Numbered from the stretch's first letter, positions 26,518 through 41,783 are shown. The stretch: 64,000 nt of DNA from Eledone cirrhosa (GCA_964016885.1 OZ024742.1:354516001-354580000), one strand, 5' to 3'. Notes: generated by a model not told the origin, from the letters alone. A program made the numbers and translations.

Positions 26518-26577
<60 letters not shown>

Positions 26578-26579
<2 letters not shown>

Positions 26580-29036
26580 CCATGGAAGTCGAAACAACCG
26601 ACCTTCACAAGACCCGGGAGGTAAGGAAACCTTCCCTCTCTCTCTCTTAGCTTACCAATATGGCCATATTAAGAGTAGGAAGTATAAATGTTCGCGGCCT
26701 GGGGTCACCCTGGAAGCAGGGTCGCCTGCTCAACGACACCGGTTGCTGGAAATGGATGTGTTTGCCGTAAGCGAGACCAGAATTTCCGACACGCGCGCAC
26801 TAGCCCCCATTTTTGACGACTATCAGAACTTCGCAATGTTAGCAGGCCGGGATGGGGGGGGGGCAGTGCTCTTTAGGAAAGGACTGGATCTCGAGGTAAG
26901 GTCGATCTTCCGGGACCCGGACTGTAAGTTGGTGGTCTTGTATGTGAGCAGTAGCGAAGGTGGTGCTTTTAGACGGCTGGCCATCTACGGCCCTACAGGG
27001 ACCGGAACACCTGACTTCTTTAGGCGCCTGGAGACCTTTCTGGGTACGTCTCGCCCTTTACTGTTAGCGGGGGACTGGAATGGCATCTTAGACGCACGCT
27101 GTGTGTGTGTGGGAGTAGCTGATAGGAGCGCGGGGTGCAAAAGCCTCAAGCACCTATTCAGCCAGTTCCAACTGTCAGACAGGTATCGACTAGATATCCC
27201 CAATGTGCCAGTATGGACATGGACCAACCGAATGGGGTCATCTAGATCGTATATAGACAGGATCATCATTAGGAAAATAGATAGAAATAGTGTGCGCTGT
27301 TAACTTTTTAAAACGGTCGCCTATTCAGATCACAAATATGTGATCTGTACGGTCGACCTAAATAAAACGCGGAGCTTAGGAACAGGTTACTGGAAGCTGA
27401 ACATGTCATTTCCGGCCCGTAAGGCTTACAGGGACCGAGTCAAGAATTTAGTTATGCAAAAGTTGACAGGGGGGATCATCAACAGCAGATGGTGGGTGGC
27501 TCTCGAAAGAGAGTTTATAGTAACTTCGATAGAATTCAGCAAAGAACTAGCGTTAGAGAAAAATAGAAAGGAGGGGGAGCTGGTAGATAAGTTAGACAAG
27601 GCTATTTGTAGTGGCATCGCAACTGACGTGCTAGAAGCGAGAATGGCATTAGACCATTTCTTCAATGCCAAACACGAAGGTTGCATTGTCAGAGCTAAGG
27701 CGCGTGCGCTGACAAACGAGGGAACTAAAGATGTTCGATGGGCCCGCGTGGCGGGGGCGCAGCGTGGTAATAAAACCACAATTCGGTCGTTGGCGGACCG
27801 AGACGGACACGAGATAAGCGATTCCAAGCGGATGTGTGAGGCCTTTCGCCAGCACTTTGCTCGGTTGTTCAGATAGAGTGGCGAGTCAGAGAGAGTAGCG
27901 GATTTCAGTCCCTACTTTGACGGCTTGCCGCGCATCACGACGGTCGACGCTGAGCGCTGAGAAAGGCCGATTACTTCAGCCGAAATTCAGGACGCCCTTG
28001 TCGGCTGCATGAGGCGCAAGTCACCCGGTTTGGATGGCCTGCCCTACGAGCTTTACGTACATATGCCAGACTAGTTCTCCGAACTCCTCTAAGCACTCTA
28101 CTGCAACTGGCAACAGAATGGGAGTATTCCCACTTCCGTGAGCAGGGGAGTGGTGACGCTGATAAGGAAAGACGAGAACAAGAGGGATACATTAAACAAC
28201 TTCAGGCCCATAACCCTGCTCAACACAGAGTTTAAGATTTTGTCCAAGGTGTTAGCAAATAGACTGGCGCTTGTCGTCGAGGATTTGGTTGGGGAGACGC
28301 AAACTTGCGCAATCCCAGCCAGGTCCATACACGACAATCTCCACCTCATGCGATACATCATAGAGAGGGTGGGGTGTAAACCTGGCTTCGGCCCTGTCTT
28401 TAGAAGCTGGATCGTTGCAATGCACAGCGACACATGCTCGGTGGTCAAGGTTAATGGCCACCTCTCGGAACCATTTCGGCTATCCCGATCAGTCCGTCAA
28501 GGGTGCCCTCTCTCTTCCCTTCTGTACGTATTGACTCTCGAGCCTTTACTGCGAAAGATGGGGCTGTTGCAGGGCATCCCGCTCGAACCGGGACGTGGAA
28601 AGGCGGTGTCGGCTTATGCGGACGACATCACCGTGATGGTGTCAAACACCTCAGAAATCGAGGTGGTCGGCACCTTATTGCTGGAATATGAAAGGTTGAC
28701 AGGAGCCAAACATAACCCGGAAATGTCGGTGGGCTTGCAGCTCGGAACCTGGAGAGGCAAGCCCATGCCGTCCAACAGCGTCGTGGGGCGCTGGACGGAC
28801 GGACCGGAAAGTTGCTCGGGGTTTTGGTTCGGACCAGACCTCCAGGTGGAAAAGAATTGGGACGAGGTAACGAGCAGAGTAGCCAGTCTCACCCAAAAAT
28901 GGGCTGGCAGGAAGCTATCACTGAAAGGTCGCGCGGAGGTGGCGAATGCGTACGTCGCGTCCGTCATCTACTACCACCTGACTGTCGTGCCTTGTCCCCG
29001 TCCGCGCCTCGTCAAGCTGGAACGGCTCCTCTTCAA
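26578..29036 (+). mobile_element. 5'-truncated and 3'-deleted Tx1-like element (copy D2)
   Basis: APE (SET, GDWN, SYIDR, SDH) and RT (NFRPITLLN, VRQGCPLS, YADD). A deletion at ~28390 removes the DQSKAFDRV motif; the copy ends abruptly in a SINE body. Confidence 0.9.
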
Positions 29037-29200
29037 GCAGCATAGAGTTACAGCCCTTGCCATTCTGAGTTCAAATCCCGCCGAGGTTAACTTTGCCTTT
29101 CATCCTTACGGGGTCGATAAAATAAAGTACCAGTAATGTACTTGGTAATTGCTGGCCTTGTGACAATAGTAGAAATAATTATTTTTATTATTATTATTAT
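29037..29200 (+). mobile_element. 5'-deleted S1 SINE with (TTA)n tail
   Basis: B-box GAGTTCAAATCCC plus GCCTTTCATCCTTACGGGGTCGATAAAATAAAGTACC block. Confidence 0.88.
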
Positions 29201-32200
29201 AGGTCTAAGCAGTAAGTAGCTTTATTTGCCTGTTAAAATTATTTGTTGTTAAATATTTCTTGTTGTGTAACGGATATAAGCCCTTAGACTTTGCCCCGTG
29301 AAGGGGAAAGTATAATATTTGGCCTTTTGGCCCAAATATTTGAACTTTTTTTACATGTTAAAAAATTGACGAAGAAAAAAAAAAACATTGCTGAGCCACG
29401 CCCCACAGCGATGTGTCGGCTATCGTGCGACAACGACGTAGAAGTTGGGAGGAACGCTCCAGTGAAATTAACACATATAGATAACACAAACACCACTACA
29501 AACAAAGTAAACAAAGACACCAATGATACCAATAATAATTTTAATTTTGAAAAAAAATTACAGTAACAGCGACAACGAAAATACAGATAACAACAAAAAA
29601 ATAACAAATACAACAACAATATCAACACCACTAACATGAAAACAAATAGCGACAACACCAACGGCAACAATACCAACTGCACCGATAACAACGGTGGCAA
29701 CAAAGACAACAATGATAACAGCGACAGTGCTAACAACAACACCAACAAGAACAACGTCAACAACACCCTCAACGAAAATAAGACCACTTTCGCTGCGGCA
29801 GCAGCAAAAAGGAGGCCATGCTTCAACATGGACCTCTCAAACAAAGATGAAAAGTTGGCCCAGGCATGGAAGCTCATCAAGCAAGAGCAAACTTCGGCCA
29901 ACTTAACTGTCCCGGTAGAAGCTATTGAGGCAGTGGAGCGCAAAACGGTGCATTATAGATGCATCTATGCACAAACCAAAAGGGCAGCCTTAATCCCACA
30001 AGAAGATGTCGAAGTCGCGATGATTGCATCAGAGAAGACACCCAATACATAGAGAGAGGCAGACAGTACGGCACCATTTCGGTGTTGTTCAAGTCAGAAG
30101 CCCTCGCTGTGAAACACGCTATGACTCCTTGCAAAACCAGCAGTGTCATAATGTACCCCTCCCAGAATCCCACCTGACTTGACATGTGGTGGCTTCTGGG
30201 ATGTGTGATTGTGAACGGGACGGTTACAGTCCCTATAGAAGTGACTAGACCGGCCAGAGAGGACTGGTCCGGGGTTGACCTGGAGATCCTTCTCCCTATC
30301 TGGCCCGAGAATGTGAAGACAATCCCGGACCACATCCGCCTTCAGAATGGGACTGTCATTCACATTATGACCGAAGGCAAAAGGCCGCAGTGTTTTGTTT
30401 GTGGGGAAAACACCCATTTGCGAGACTTCTGCCCTCAACTGCTGAAAGAGGGATGGGGTCGAAAAGCTCCACTGCTGCCGACGCCAATGTGTGGACCACA
30501 ACCAACACCTGCACCGGCAAAACCACCAACAACAACGCCAATAGAAAGACCACCACCAACATTGACAACCCAGGGGGGAAACAAGGAAAGCTGTCAAATT
30601 CCCCTCCACCCAAAAATACACACACCAATAAAACCTTAAACATACATACAAACACACTTACAGACACAGACCCCTCATCTACAAGTAGTGAAAAGGAGGG
30701 AAATCCAAAATCCCCCAAAATACAAAAAGGAAACACAAAAAGAAAAAAAAAATTCAACAAAGCACAAAAGCACCCACAATAAAAAATGCAGACACCACCC
30801 ACGCAAACATTTCTCCAATAACACCAGCATCAACACCACCATCAACATCACCAGAATCTCCCAAACGCAAACAACCGAAACAGACGCAAGAACAAATATA
30901 CACACAAACATCTGAAATCACAGACACCGCACTCAAAACAAACACAGATACAACCTAAACAACACCACCAAAACCATCACTACCACAGCCACGTAAACAA
31001 ATAAAATCACACCAACAAAATATACAAAACGTCGTGCTCGTCAGGAGGGCCAACAAGGAACTGATGGCCCTCGTTGCATGAAGTGAAAATATACAAAAAG
31101 AGGTGGACATTTTTAAATCGAGAATATTTCGCGTGCCGGAAGATTTGGTTCTGGTGCGAATGTAGCTCGACATATTCAAAGAAATACGAGACAGCTTTCC
31201 TCGGGACGTGGGAACCCCGAACGTAAAACCTACTTCAAGACTTTTAAAGGGGTTCCCAAAAGAAACGCCACTAACTATGGAGGTCGAACAACCCGACCTT
31301 CACAAGAGCCCGGAAGGTAAGTAAACCTTCCTCTCTCTCTGTTTAACCTGCCAACATGGCCGTATTAAGAGTAGGATGTTTAAATGTTCGAGGCCTGGGA
31401 TCGTCCTGGAAGCAGGGTCACCTGCTCAACGACCTCAGGTCTATAGAAATGGATGCAATTGAAGTCAGCGAGACCAGGATTTCCGACACGCGCGCACTAG
31501 CCCCCATTTTCGACGACGATCAGATCTTTGCATCTGTTATCCGGCCGGGAATCGGAGGCGGTGTGGCAGTGCTGTTCAGGAAAGGCCTAAATCTCGAGGT
31601 AAGGGAGATCTTCCGGGACCCGGACGGGAAGTTGGTGGTCCTGAACGTGAACAATAATGAAGATGGTGCCTTTAGACTGGTGGCCGTCTATGCTCCTACT
31701 GGGGCAGGACGGCCGGACTTCTTTAGACGCCTGGAAGCCTTTCTGGGTACGTCTCGCCCTTTACTGTTAGCGGGGGACTGGAACGGCATCTTAGACGAAC
31801 GCTGGGAATGTGTGGGAGTATCCGATAGGAGCGGGGGGGGGGGGTGCACAAGCCTCTAGTACCTGATCAGCCAGTTCCAACTGTCTGACAGCTACCGACT
31901 AGATTTCCCTAATGTGCCAGTGTGGACCTAGGCTAACCGCATAGGGTCATCTAAATCGTATATAGACAGGGTATTCATTAGGAAAATAGACAGAAATAGT
32001 GTAAGTTGTCCACGTTTTGAAACACTCGCCTATTCAGATCACAAGTTTGTGATCTGTATGGGCGACCTAGATAAGACGCGTAGGTTAGGACTTGGTTACT
32101 GGAAGCTAAACATGTCATTTCCGGCACGTAAGGTTTACATGGACCAGGTCAACAATTTAGTTAAGAAAAAGTTGACAAAAGAGAGATTAGAGTAATGTCG

Positions 32201-34977
32201 ATAGAGTTTAGCAAAGAAGTAGCATTAGAGAAAAATAGAATGGAGGGGGAGTTGGTAGATAAGTTAGAAGAGGCTATTGGCAGTGGAATTGCAACTGATG
32301 TGCTAACGGCGAGAAAGGCATTAGACCATTTCTTCAATGCGAAGCACGAAGGTTGCATTGTCAGAGCTAAGGCGCGTGCCCTGAGAAACGAGGGAACCAA
32401 AGCTGTTCGATGGGCCCGTGTGGCAGAGGCGCAGCGTGGTAATAAAACCACGATTCGGTCTTTGACGGATCGAGACGCGTACGAGCTAAGCAATTCCAAG
32501 AGGATGTGTGAGGCCTTTCTCCAACATTTTGCTCGGTTGTTCAGGGGAAGTGGCGGGTCAGATATGGTGGCGGACTTCAGTCCCTACCTCGATGTCTTGC
32601 CTCAACTCTCGACGGCTGAAGCTGGGCGCTGCGAGAGGCCAATTACTTCAGCCGAGATTCAGGATGCCCATGTAGTCTGCATGAGGCGCAAGTCACTCGG
32701 TTTGGATGGTCTGCCCTATGAGCTTTACGTAGATATGCCAGACTTGTTCTCCAATCTCCTCGAAGCCCTCACTGCAACTGGCAGTAAAACGGTAGTATTT
32801 CCAGTTGTGTGAGCCGGGGCGTAGTGACGCTGATAAGGAAAAACGAGAACAAGAGGGACACATTAGACAATTTCAGGCCCATAACACTGCTCAACATAGA
32901 GTTTAAGATTTTGGCCAGGGTGTTAGCGAAGAGGTTGGCGCTTGTCGTCGGGGATTTGGATGGGGAGGCGCAAACTTGCGCAATCCCAACCAGGTGCATA
33001 CACGACAACCTCCACCTAATGCGATACATCATAGAGAGGGTCGGGTGTAAACCTGGCTTCGGTGGGTCTCTGATCAATTTAGTTCAATCGAAAGCATTCG
33101 ATAGGGTCGACCATCTGTACGTGGAGGCTGTCCGCAAGGCGGCTGGCTTGGGCCCAGACTTCAGAAGCTGGATCGCTGCAATGCACAGCGGCACCTGCTC
33201 GATGGTCAAAATTATGGGCCACCTCTCGGAACCGTTTCAGGTCTCCCGATAGGTCTGTCAAGGGTGCCCTCTTTCCTCCCTTCTGTACGTATTGACTCTC
33301 GAGCCTTTACTGCGGAATCTGGAGCTGTTGCACGGCATCCCACTCGAACCGGGACGCGGAAAGGCTGTGTCGGCTTATACGGACGACATTACCGCGATGG
33401 TGTCGGACACCTCAGAAATCGAGGTGGTGGCCAACTTATTGGAGGAATATGAAACGTTGACGGGAGCACCTGGAGAGGCAAGTCCATGCCGTCCAACAGC
33501 GTCGTTAGGCGCTGGACGGACGGACCTTAACAGTTGCTAGGGGTTTGGTTCGGGCCAGACCTCCAGGTGGATATGAATTGGGACGAGGTGACGGGCAGGT
33601 TAGCCAGTCTCACCCAGAAATGGGCTGGGATGAAGCTATCACAGAAATGTCGGGGGGAGGTGGCAGACGCGTACATCGCATCCGTCTTCTACTACCGTCT
33701 GACTGTCGTCCTTTGCCCCTGTGTGCGCCTCGCCATCTTGGAGCGGCTCCTCTTCAAATTCTTGTGGAGGGGTCAGGTTCCGCTGGTGAGGCCATCCATC
33801 TGCTGCCAGCACCCTCTATGTGGAGGACTGAGCATGCAGTGGCTAATAATGCGCAGGCACGCGCTGAGGCTGCGGCATCTCCAGATATTCTGCCTAAAGG
33901 TGAACAGGTGTGGTCGCCGTTTGTCAGACGGGCCTTTCCGCAGCTCGTTTCTTTGACTGAGTTGCAGTCCTGGGTCAAAGAGAGACCGAGACTGGGTGAC
34001 TGGCATCTGGAATGTTGCCAGGCACTCACTGCCCTCTACCATGCGGGCAATGCTGTCAGTGGAACTTCCACTCTCAAGTTCTATAGAGGATTAGTGGTGG
34101 GCAAGTGCGACACGCACTCGGAGAGGCTCTGGGAGTCAACGAAGTCGAACTAACCAGTCTGTACCGGAGGACTTTCGAGCCGGGGATGATGGATCATTTC
34201 CAAAAATCGCTCGCTTGTCAGTGCTAACGGGGGGCACTGCCAGTTCGAGATAAACTCTACAGGCACGGAAGTGCTGTCAGACGGACCTGCCCGAGATGCG
34301 CGCAGAGCGACGAAACCGTTCTGCACGCACTCGTCCAGTGTCCGTGCATTACTGACTTGTGGAGTTATGTTGAACAGCTGTTGTCGCGTGTAGAACGGAT
34401 CGGGCTATCGGCCGAGTCCATAGTGAAGATCGACCCGCCGCCTTCTTTTGGCCAGGAAGGGCAGGCAATTTTACTCTGTCTGGTGGTAGTAGCGAAAGAG
34501 GTTGTATGGTGGACGAGGTTGAAAGGACTGAAGACAGACACTTTTCTCTTCGGCCAATCCCTCATCAACTTTTTCAAGTTTCACTTGGAAAGGAAGGTGA
34601 GGGTGGAGAGAGAAGTGCTTCTCCCCAGTACATTTGCTGAAAGTTGGGTGAATGTGGCGAGAATGGCCCGTGTGAGTGGGCCTACTCTGGTCATGCGGAT
34701 GTAGGTAGATAAATTTGAAGAGGAGAAGGGTGCCCTTCCAGGGTGCTCTCGAACCGTCGGGTCGTTCAGGACTGTTGGGGTACCTGAGCGAACCATAGGT
34801 GGTCATCCCAACTATTGGGGAATTTTTTCTTGTAATTTTCTTGTTACTTTATTGTTAGTTTGTTATTTTTACTTTGTTTATTGATATTGTTTACTCGATT
34901 TTTCTGTAGAACCCCACTGTCCCAGTCTTTTGTATTGTCCCCTATATGTCGGCCGGTGTGGCCAATAAATGAAATCA
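29201..34977 (+). mobile_element. Full-length decayed Tx1-like element (copy D3)
   Basis: ORF1 remnant ~29411-31320 with CFVCGENTHLRDFCP; ORF2 remnant 31356-34704 with LNVRGL, GDWN, QSKAFDRV, YTDD and C-terminal CPRC..ETVLHALVQC; AATAAA then (TTA)n. Confidence 0.9.
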
Positions 34978-34997
34978 TTATTATTATTATTATTACA

Positions 34998-35230
34998 GGG
35001 AGGTGGATTATCCGTATCGTTAGATCATCGGTCAACATGCTTTGCGCTATTGACTTTCACCTCTATAATTTCTGAGTTCAAATTCGGCCGAGGTTTGTTT
35101 AGCCTTTCATCCTTATGGGGTCGATAAAATGAAGCACCATTAATGTACTCGGTTCGAAAACATGGATTTTCCACCCATTAAAATCAATGACCATGTGCCT
35201 ATATCAAATACCATTATTATTATTATTATT
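34998..35230 (+). mobile_element. Diverged S1-type SINE with (TTA)n tail
   Basis: GAGTTCAAATTC B-box and GCCTTTCATCCTTATGGGGTCGATAAAATGAAG block. Confidence 0.8.
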
Positions 35231-35231
35231 G

Positions 35232-35445
35232 CAGGGGGGTGTAGCAATACCTGTGGAGCGTCTGACAACATGCTTCGCGCTATATAGTTAGAGCTCTTTA
35301 TGTTCTGAATTCATCTAGCGCCGATATTAAGCTTTGCCTGTCATCCTCGCTGGGCCGATAATATAAGGTACCAGTTATGTACTGAAGTTGGTTTAATCGG
35401 CTTTCCCTTTCCCCAAAAATTGTTGGCCTTTCCAAATTTGCTGAC
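35232..35445 (+). mobile_element. Older diverged S1-type SINE
   Basis: Degenerate B-box TGAATTCATCT, CTTTGCCTGTCATCCTCGCTGGGCCGATAATATAAGGTACCAG block and TTGTTGGCCTT tail. Confidence 0.65.
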
Positions 35446-35499
35446 ATCCAGAAGCTATTCAAAGTAATTTTATTTCCTTCTACCCGTGTGTGTGTACTC

Positions 35500-35700
35500 A
35501 TCTATTCATCAGATTGTTACAACAGAACAAGATCACCTGCTACCTTTTCATGATGGCCTGCAAGTTTCATTCTTCTCTGCCTTATCTTTTATCTTAGAGA
35601 AATGTTCTGTGAAATGTTTAGAGCCATGTGCATACATTCTTGTATAGCAGCCATCAATTCTTTTTCCTTGTCACTTTGTCATAGTCTCAGCTTATGATCC
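35500..35700 (-). mobile_element. Decayed LINE fragment (RTE-like C-terminal region)
   Basis: Minus-strand translation contains MALNIS...KIRQRRMKLAGH, typical of the RTE-group post-RT region. Confidence 0.4.
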
Positions 35701-36329
35701 TTAAATTAGATCAGACCCTACTGTTGCAATATCCGTGATTTACCTACACTGTCATTATATTTAAGACTGGAATTCGTCTTAATTAATATTCATTTAGGAT
35801 CACATAATAATCAATACACATAATAAGTAATACATTAGCAGCTGCATGGATTGTACGTTGCTGTATATATACATATAGGTTTATGTATGTTGTTTAGCTT
35901 GCAGTTGTCTAGAATACTAATAAATGTTTCTATTATACACACAAAAACAAAGGAAATATTGAACCCGGTATGTGATTTGTACTTCGTTTTATCGAAGAAT
36001 GAAAGACAAAATAGACACCGAGAGTGATTTGAACTTAGTTAGCCGGAATAAATATTGCCAATAATTACTCCTAAGTACCAATGGGTGTGTAAATATACAG
36101 TACTTATAATGCGATATATTTGAGTAGTTGTTAGTACGCATCTCAGTAATTTCTGTTGCTTCATTCACGGCTCTGCTACTAAATGTTTTGTCTCAAATCC
36201 TGGACACTGTGCTATACTTATTGGGTCTGCTCGCCATAGCCCGCTAGTTATTGAAATCGAGATGAAAAAAGGGAATACGCACTATATTGCTTCACTCTAC
36301 CTGCTGTCCAGTCTAAAACGTCTCTCTTA

Positions 36330-36595
36330 AGCCAGAAAACAAGTTAGGCTGTTGTTTATCTCGGTTTCGTGGCTTGTAGCTATTGATATTACAAGACCCC
36401 TTACTAGACAGGTAGACAGTCCATCCCAGATTCAATCCCCCAGCTATTGGTGGTACTCAATTTCATCTGAGTATCCTGGAACAATGGAAATTGAAGTGAT
36501 TTCCTCAAGTACTAAACACGCAAGCCAGCGCAAGAATCGATAACACGACATTATGATTGTAAGTCCAACACTTTTACCACTAGGCCACGTGCCTA
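36330..36595 (-). mobile_element. tRNA-derived CORE-like SINE
   Basis: Minus strand A-box TGGCCTAGTGG, B-box-like TATCGATTC, CORE-like TACTTGAGGAAATCACTT. Confidence 0.65.
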
Positions 36596-37347
36596 CACGC
36601 TACATTATAATTAATGTAAGACTCATTATAATCACCGCGTGATTTCATGCTTTCCTTACCTAGCAATGTTTTGAACAATTGTATTTGTTGCTCAACAATT
36701 TTCTTTGAAACAACATTGTTTGCCATAGTTGTAATTTATACGTCGGGGATATTGTATTCATAGATCTTTCCATTTTGAGCACTGTACACGGTATCAAGTA
36801 TATTACACGGTTTTATTGTTTTATTAATAAATATATATCAAAAACATGTTTTCACATCCGTCAGAATAAACATATTTGTCTCATCTGGAAACGAAATGAA
36901 AAAATCCAATTTTAACATACAATTTTAATATTGAAAATTTGAACTTTTAATGAAGTTAAATGGTTTAATGTCATTGAATGTGTTATTAACAAAGATGTTA
37001 TTAAAACTGATCAAACTTATTTGAAATTTCCCAAGGCTAAAATTTTACCAAAACTAATATTGATTAGCAAACATTAGAAAATATATGGATTAGCGAACAT
37101 AAAAACAATCTAGTGTTACTGTAACGACGTATGTTTAAAGCAAACACATATAAACCGAAAATGTATACCTCGCCACGATTCTTGTTTATGATGATGGGGC
37201 CTCAGGATCTGGGTTCTTGTTCAATACATAGCTGAAAGATTATAATAATTGTGTTATTACTATTTTCTGTCAATTATTTTTGTTTCCCATTCACAAAGAA
37301 CAGAATTGCCAAATTCCAAATGAGAAAAATATTTGGTAAAATGGTGA

Positions 37348-37541
37348 AATAATTATTTCTACTTTTGGCACAAAGCCAGCAATTATCCCAGTGCGTTATT
37401 GGTACTTTATTTTATCGACCCCGTAAGGATGAAAGGCAAAGTTAACCTCGGCGGGATTTGAACTCAGACCATAAAGGACCGTAGCTCTATGCTGCAAAGC
37501 ATGGCGTCCGACCCTCTACCGATACTGCCAATCCACCGCCC
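37348..37541 (-). mobile_element. Full-length S1 SINE
   Basis: Reverse complement aligns end-to-end with 4802-4990. Confidence 0.9.
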
Positions 37542-39149
37542 TAATGCTACGCGTCCATTGGTGCCACGTAGAAAACAAGAGCATCAGGTAATCTGAGAAT
37601 AATCTCCATTTTCATTTCCTAACTAAAGGACATTAAAAGCATTAGATATAAATATTTAACAATTATTTAACTACGCGAATAGTCATCGTAGAGCTGTTGC
37701 CTCTAAACATCATCTGCTACATTTTCATGTAAAATTTCTACATATTGTAAGATTAAACGACAGTCCATTAGAGATTTTATACTTTGCCATTCCCACATAA
37801 TCTTTCAAGGCTGAGAATAATGCATCAGTGATGAGATGTTTCGTACTGTAACTTAGTGTGAAGGATATATGGTCATTAATGCTGTTCTTCATTCGCCACC
37901 AGTGCCCTGCTAACAGGACACGAGTTGACAAGTTGTAAGTAATAATCACGTGCAAGAAACATATATATGTAAGAAAGTGTTGAGAATAGTGTTTTAGTTA
38001 AAGGCAACTTGACGATAAACGTTACAAATATGATAAAAAAACATTGGTATATAAAAAAACATTACAGTTCTTTATATATTTATATATCCCGGCATAACAT
38101 CTATTCATCAAACTATTTTCCTTAATTGAACCTCCAACGAAGGGATTTCGGTACGAAATATAATGTAATACAAATAAGTTTAAGGAAACATCTGAAGACT
38201 TTTGTTTAAACTGTGAGAGCCTTCAAATATAACAAATATTTATATGAATACGAAGCATACGAAGTTTCATTATTGTCATTCAGTCAAATAATGTTTCACT
38301 GAATAAAAAAAAAATACGACAAAATATCACAGGATATTAAGAATGTTAACATCATTATATATAGATCTAGTCTCTATGTTGAAATCTACAGGATGCAGTA
38401 AGAATATCATTCTACATTCCTTACTACTTGTTTGATTTTTGCAATCAAGTGATCGTCATTGATTCGTTGATTATCTGTTGAATATTTTAGTTAATGTTGT
38501 TTCATTTTCATGAATCTTTCAAGATTGGAATGATATTGCAGACATTTTCAGTCGCGATTCTGGACAGAATGCTTTATTATTTATTATGAACATTCGTCTA
38601 GATGTTGAGAGAAACATTTCTGAAATATTCTGTTTATTGATAAATTCATGTTTGAGTGTAAATCTGAAAATGTTTCGAAATACATGTGTTGATTTATATT
38701 GCATTTAATCTACTGACCAATGCATGTTTTATTAGTTAGTCAGATGAGAAGAGTCATATCTAATGATATTTCTAGATGCTCACAGTTTAAACAATGGGGT
38801 TTATGTGCAATTTAAACTTATTAGAGGACCTCAATAAAGACACAAATATATACACATACATACATAAAAACACACAGGTAAACTCACTCATGCACACACA
38901 TAAACATACATACACACAGGCAATCTCACATATACATACACACACATGCACACACTAAGACACAAATACATTCAACTCACACATAGACAAAAAAACTCAC
39001 ACATAGAAACAACAACATACATACACAATTACACACATACGTATATAAACACATATAAAATACACATACACACGTCAACAAACACATACAATCACATACA
39101 AAAACACACAAAAAGGATGGTGGAGTACAGAAAAAATGAGAGAATAATA

Positions 39150-40903
<1,754 letters not shown>

Positions 40904-41074
40904 GAAAAATGGTATGGGAACAAAACAGCGAAACAGTACAAACAAAGGTTTATTAGTTTCAGGCTCGTGAGAGTGGAGGGGTTTTCGGGCTTAAGCCCTT
41001 CTTCAGGAGAAAAGTGGGTAGGAGGAGAGTTCCGAGGGTGTATGGGGGACTGGTGGAGACACACACACACACAC

Positions 41075-41129
<55 letters not shown>

Positions 41130-41133
41130 TATG

Positions 41134-41760
41134 TCAGGTCACCACTTGGTGCTACTGGTAACATGTATCCCAGTACAACCTGTCTCATGGTCGGGTCGTT
41201 GGCGACTTAACTGGCAACCCCACCAAGGTTTCTTGGTGAGGAGGGTGACTTTGGACATCCTGCAGGACTAAAAACAAAACCTGTCAAAGGGCAAAGGAGA
41301 TCTTAAGAGTCAATGGCCATCCAAAATCACTGGGAGAGATGACCCCTTAGCCTTTGTCAAGGCAGAATTCTAGGAGAAGGAAAACTCTGATATAACACCT
41401 GCAACCCTGATGGTATCCAATGCTGTTGACTTGTTCTTCTTTTTGGTAAATATCATCTTGGTTAAGAGAGTGGGACTGGCTTTGTGCAGTGCCTTTGCTC
41501 ACTATAAAAGCTTCACGGCACAGGCATTGCTTTATATCTGGAGATCTCTCTGCACTCGTCGTCACATGGTACCAAAGGCAAAGCCCTATGTGTCATGTCA
41601 ATAATTGTCACAATTGTAGTGTTTGTACCAGAGTTTTCAAGTCGCTGGCTGGACTAAAAAGTCACACTCGTTCAGCGAATCGGTAGGGGTTCTCCTACAT
41701 GGATATAAAGTAGTGGCCGTACTCGAAAACGAGTTGGCAGCCACCATGTATGTATATATG
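41134..41760 (+). mobile_element. Internally deleted RTE-like non-LTR element in (TATG)n
   Basis: RTE-type 5' UTR motif CTAGGAGAAGGAAAACTCTGA; C-terminal finger CSVCTRVFKSLAGLKSH then stop; 3' hairpin ACTCG-AAAA-CGAGT; (ATGT)n tail. Confidence 0.65.
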
Positions 41761-41783
41761 TATGCATGCATATATATATAAAA

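Larger units (their letters stand above)
20862..26518 (+). mobile_element. Full-length decayed Tx1-like (L1 group) non-LTR retrotransposon (copy D1)
   Basis: ORF1 with zinc knuckle, ORF2 APE-RT-CCHC, 3' AATAAA then (TTA)n; 5' end also in (TTA)n. Confidence 0.9.

Noticed and set aside
37725-38704. Host exons in the apparently unique region (ORFs 37725-37955 and 38519-38704)
   Set aside because: Short, no recognisable motif and no supportable splice structure; RNA-seq or BLASTX would be needed to exclude small exons.
40965-41010. Minus-strand CTGAAGA-A-GGGC(TTAA)GCCC-GAAA
   Set aside because: Core and helix II look right, but helices I and III cannot be closed; at best a decayed hammerhead.
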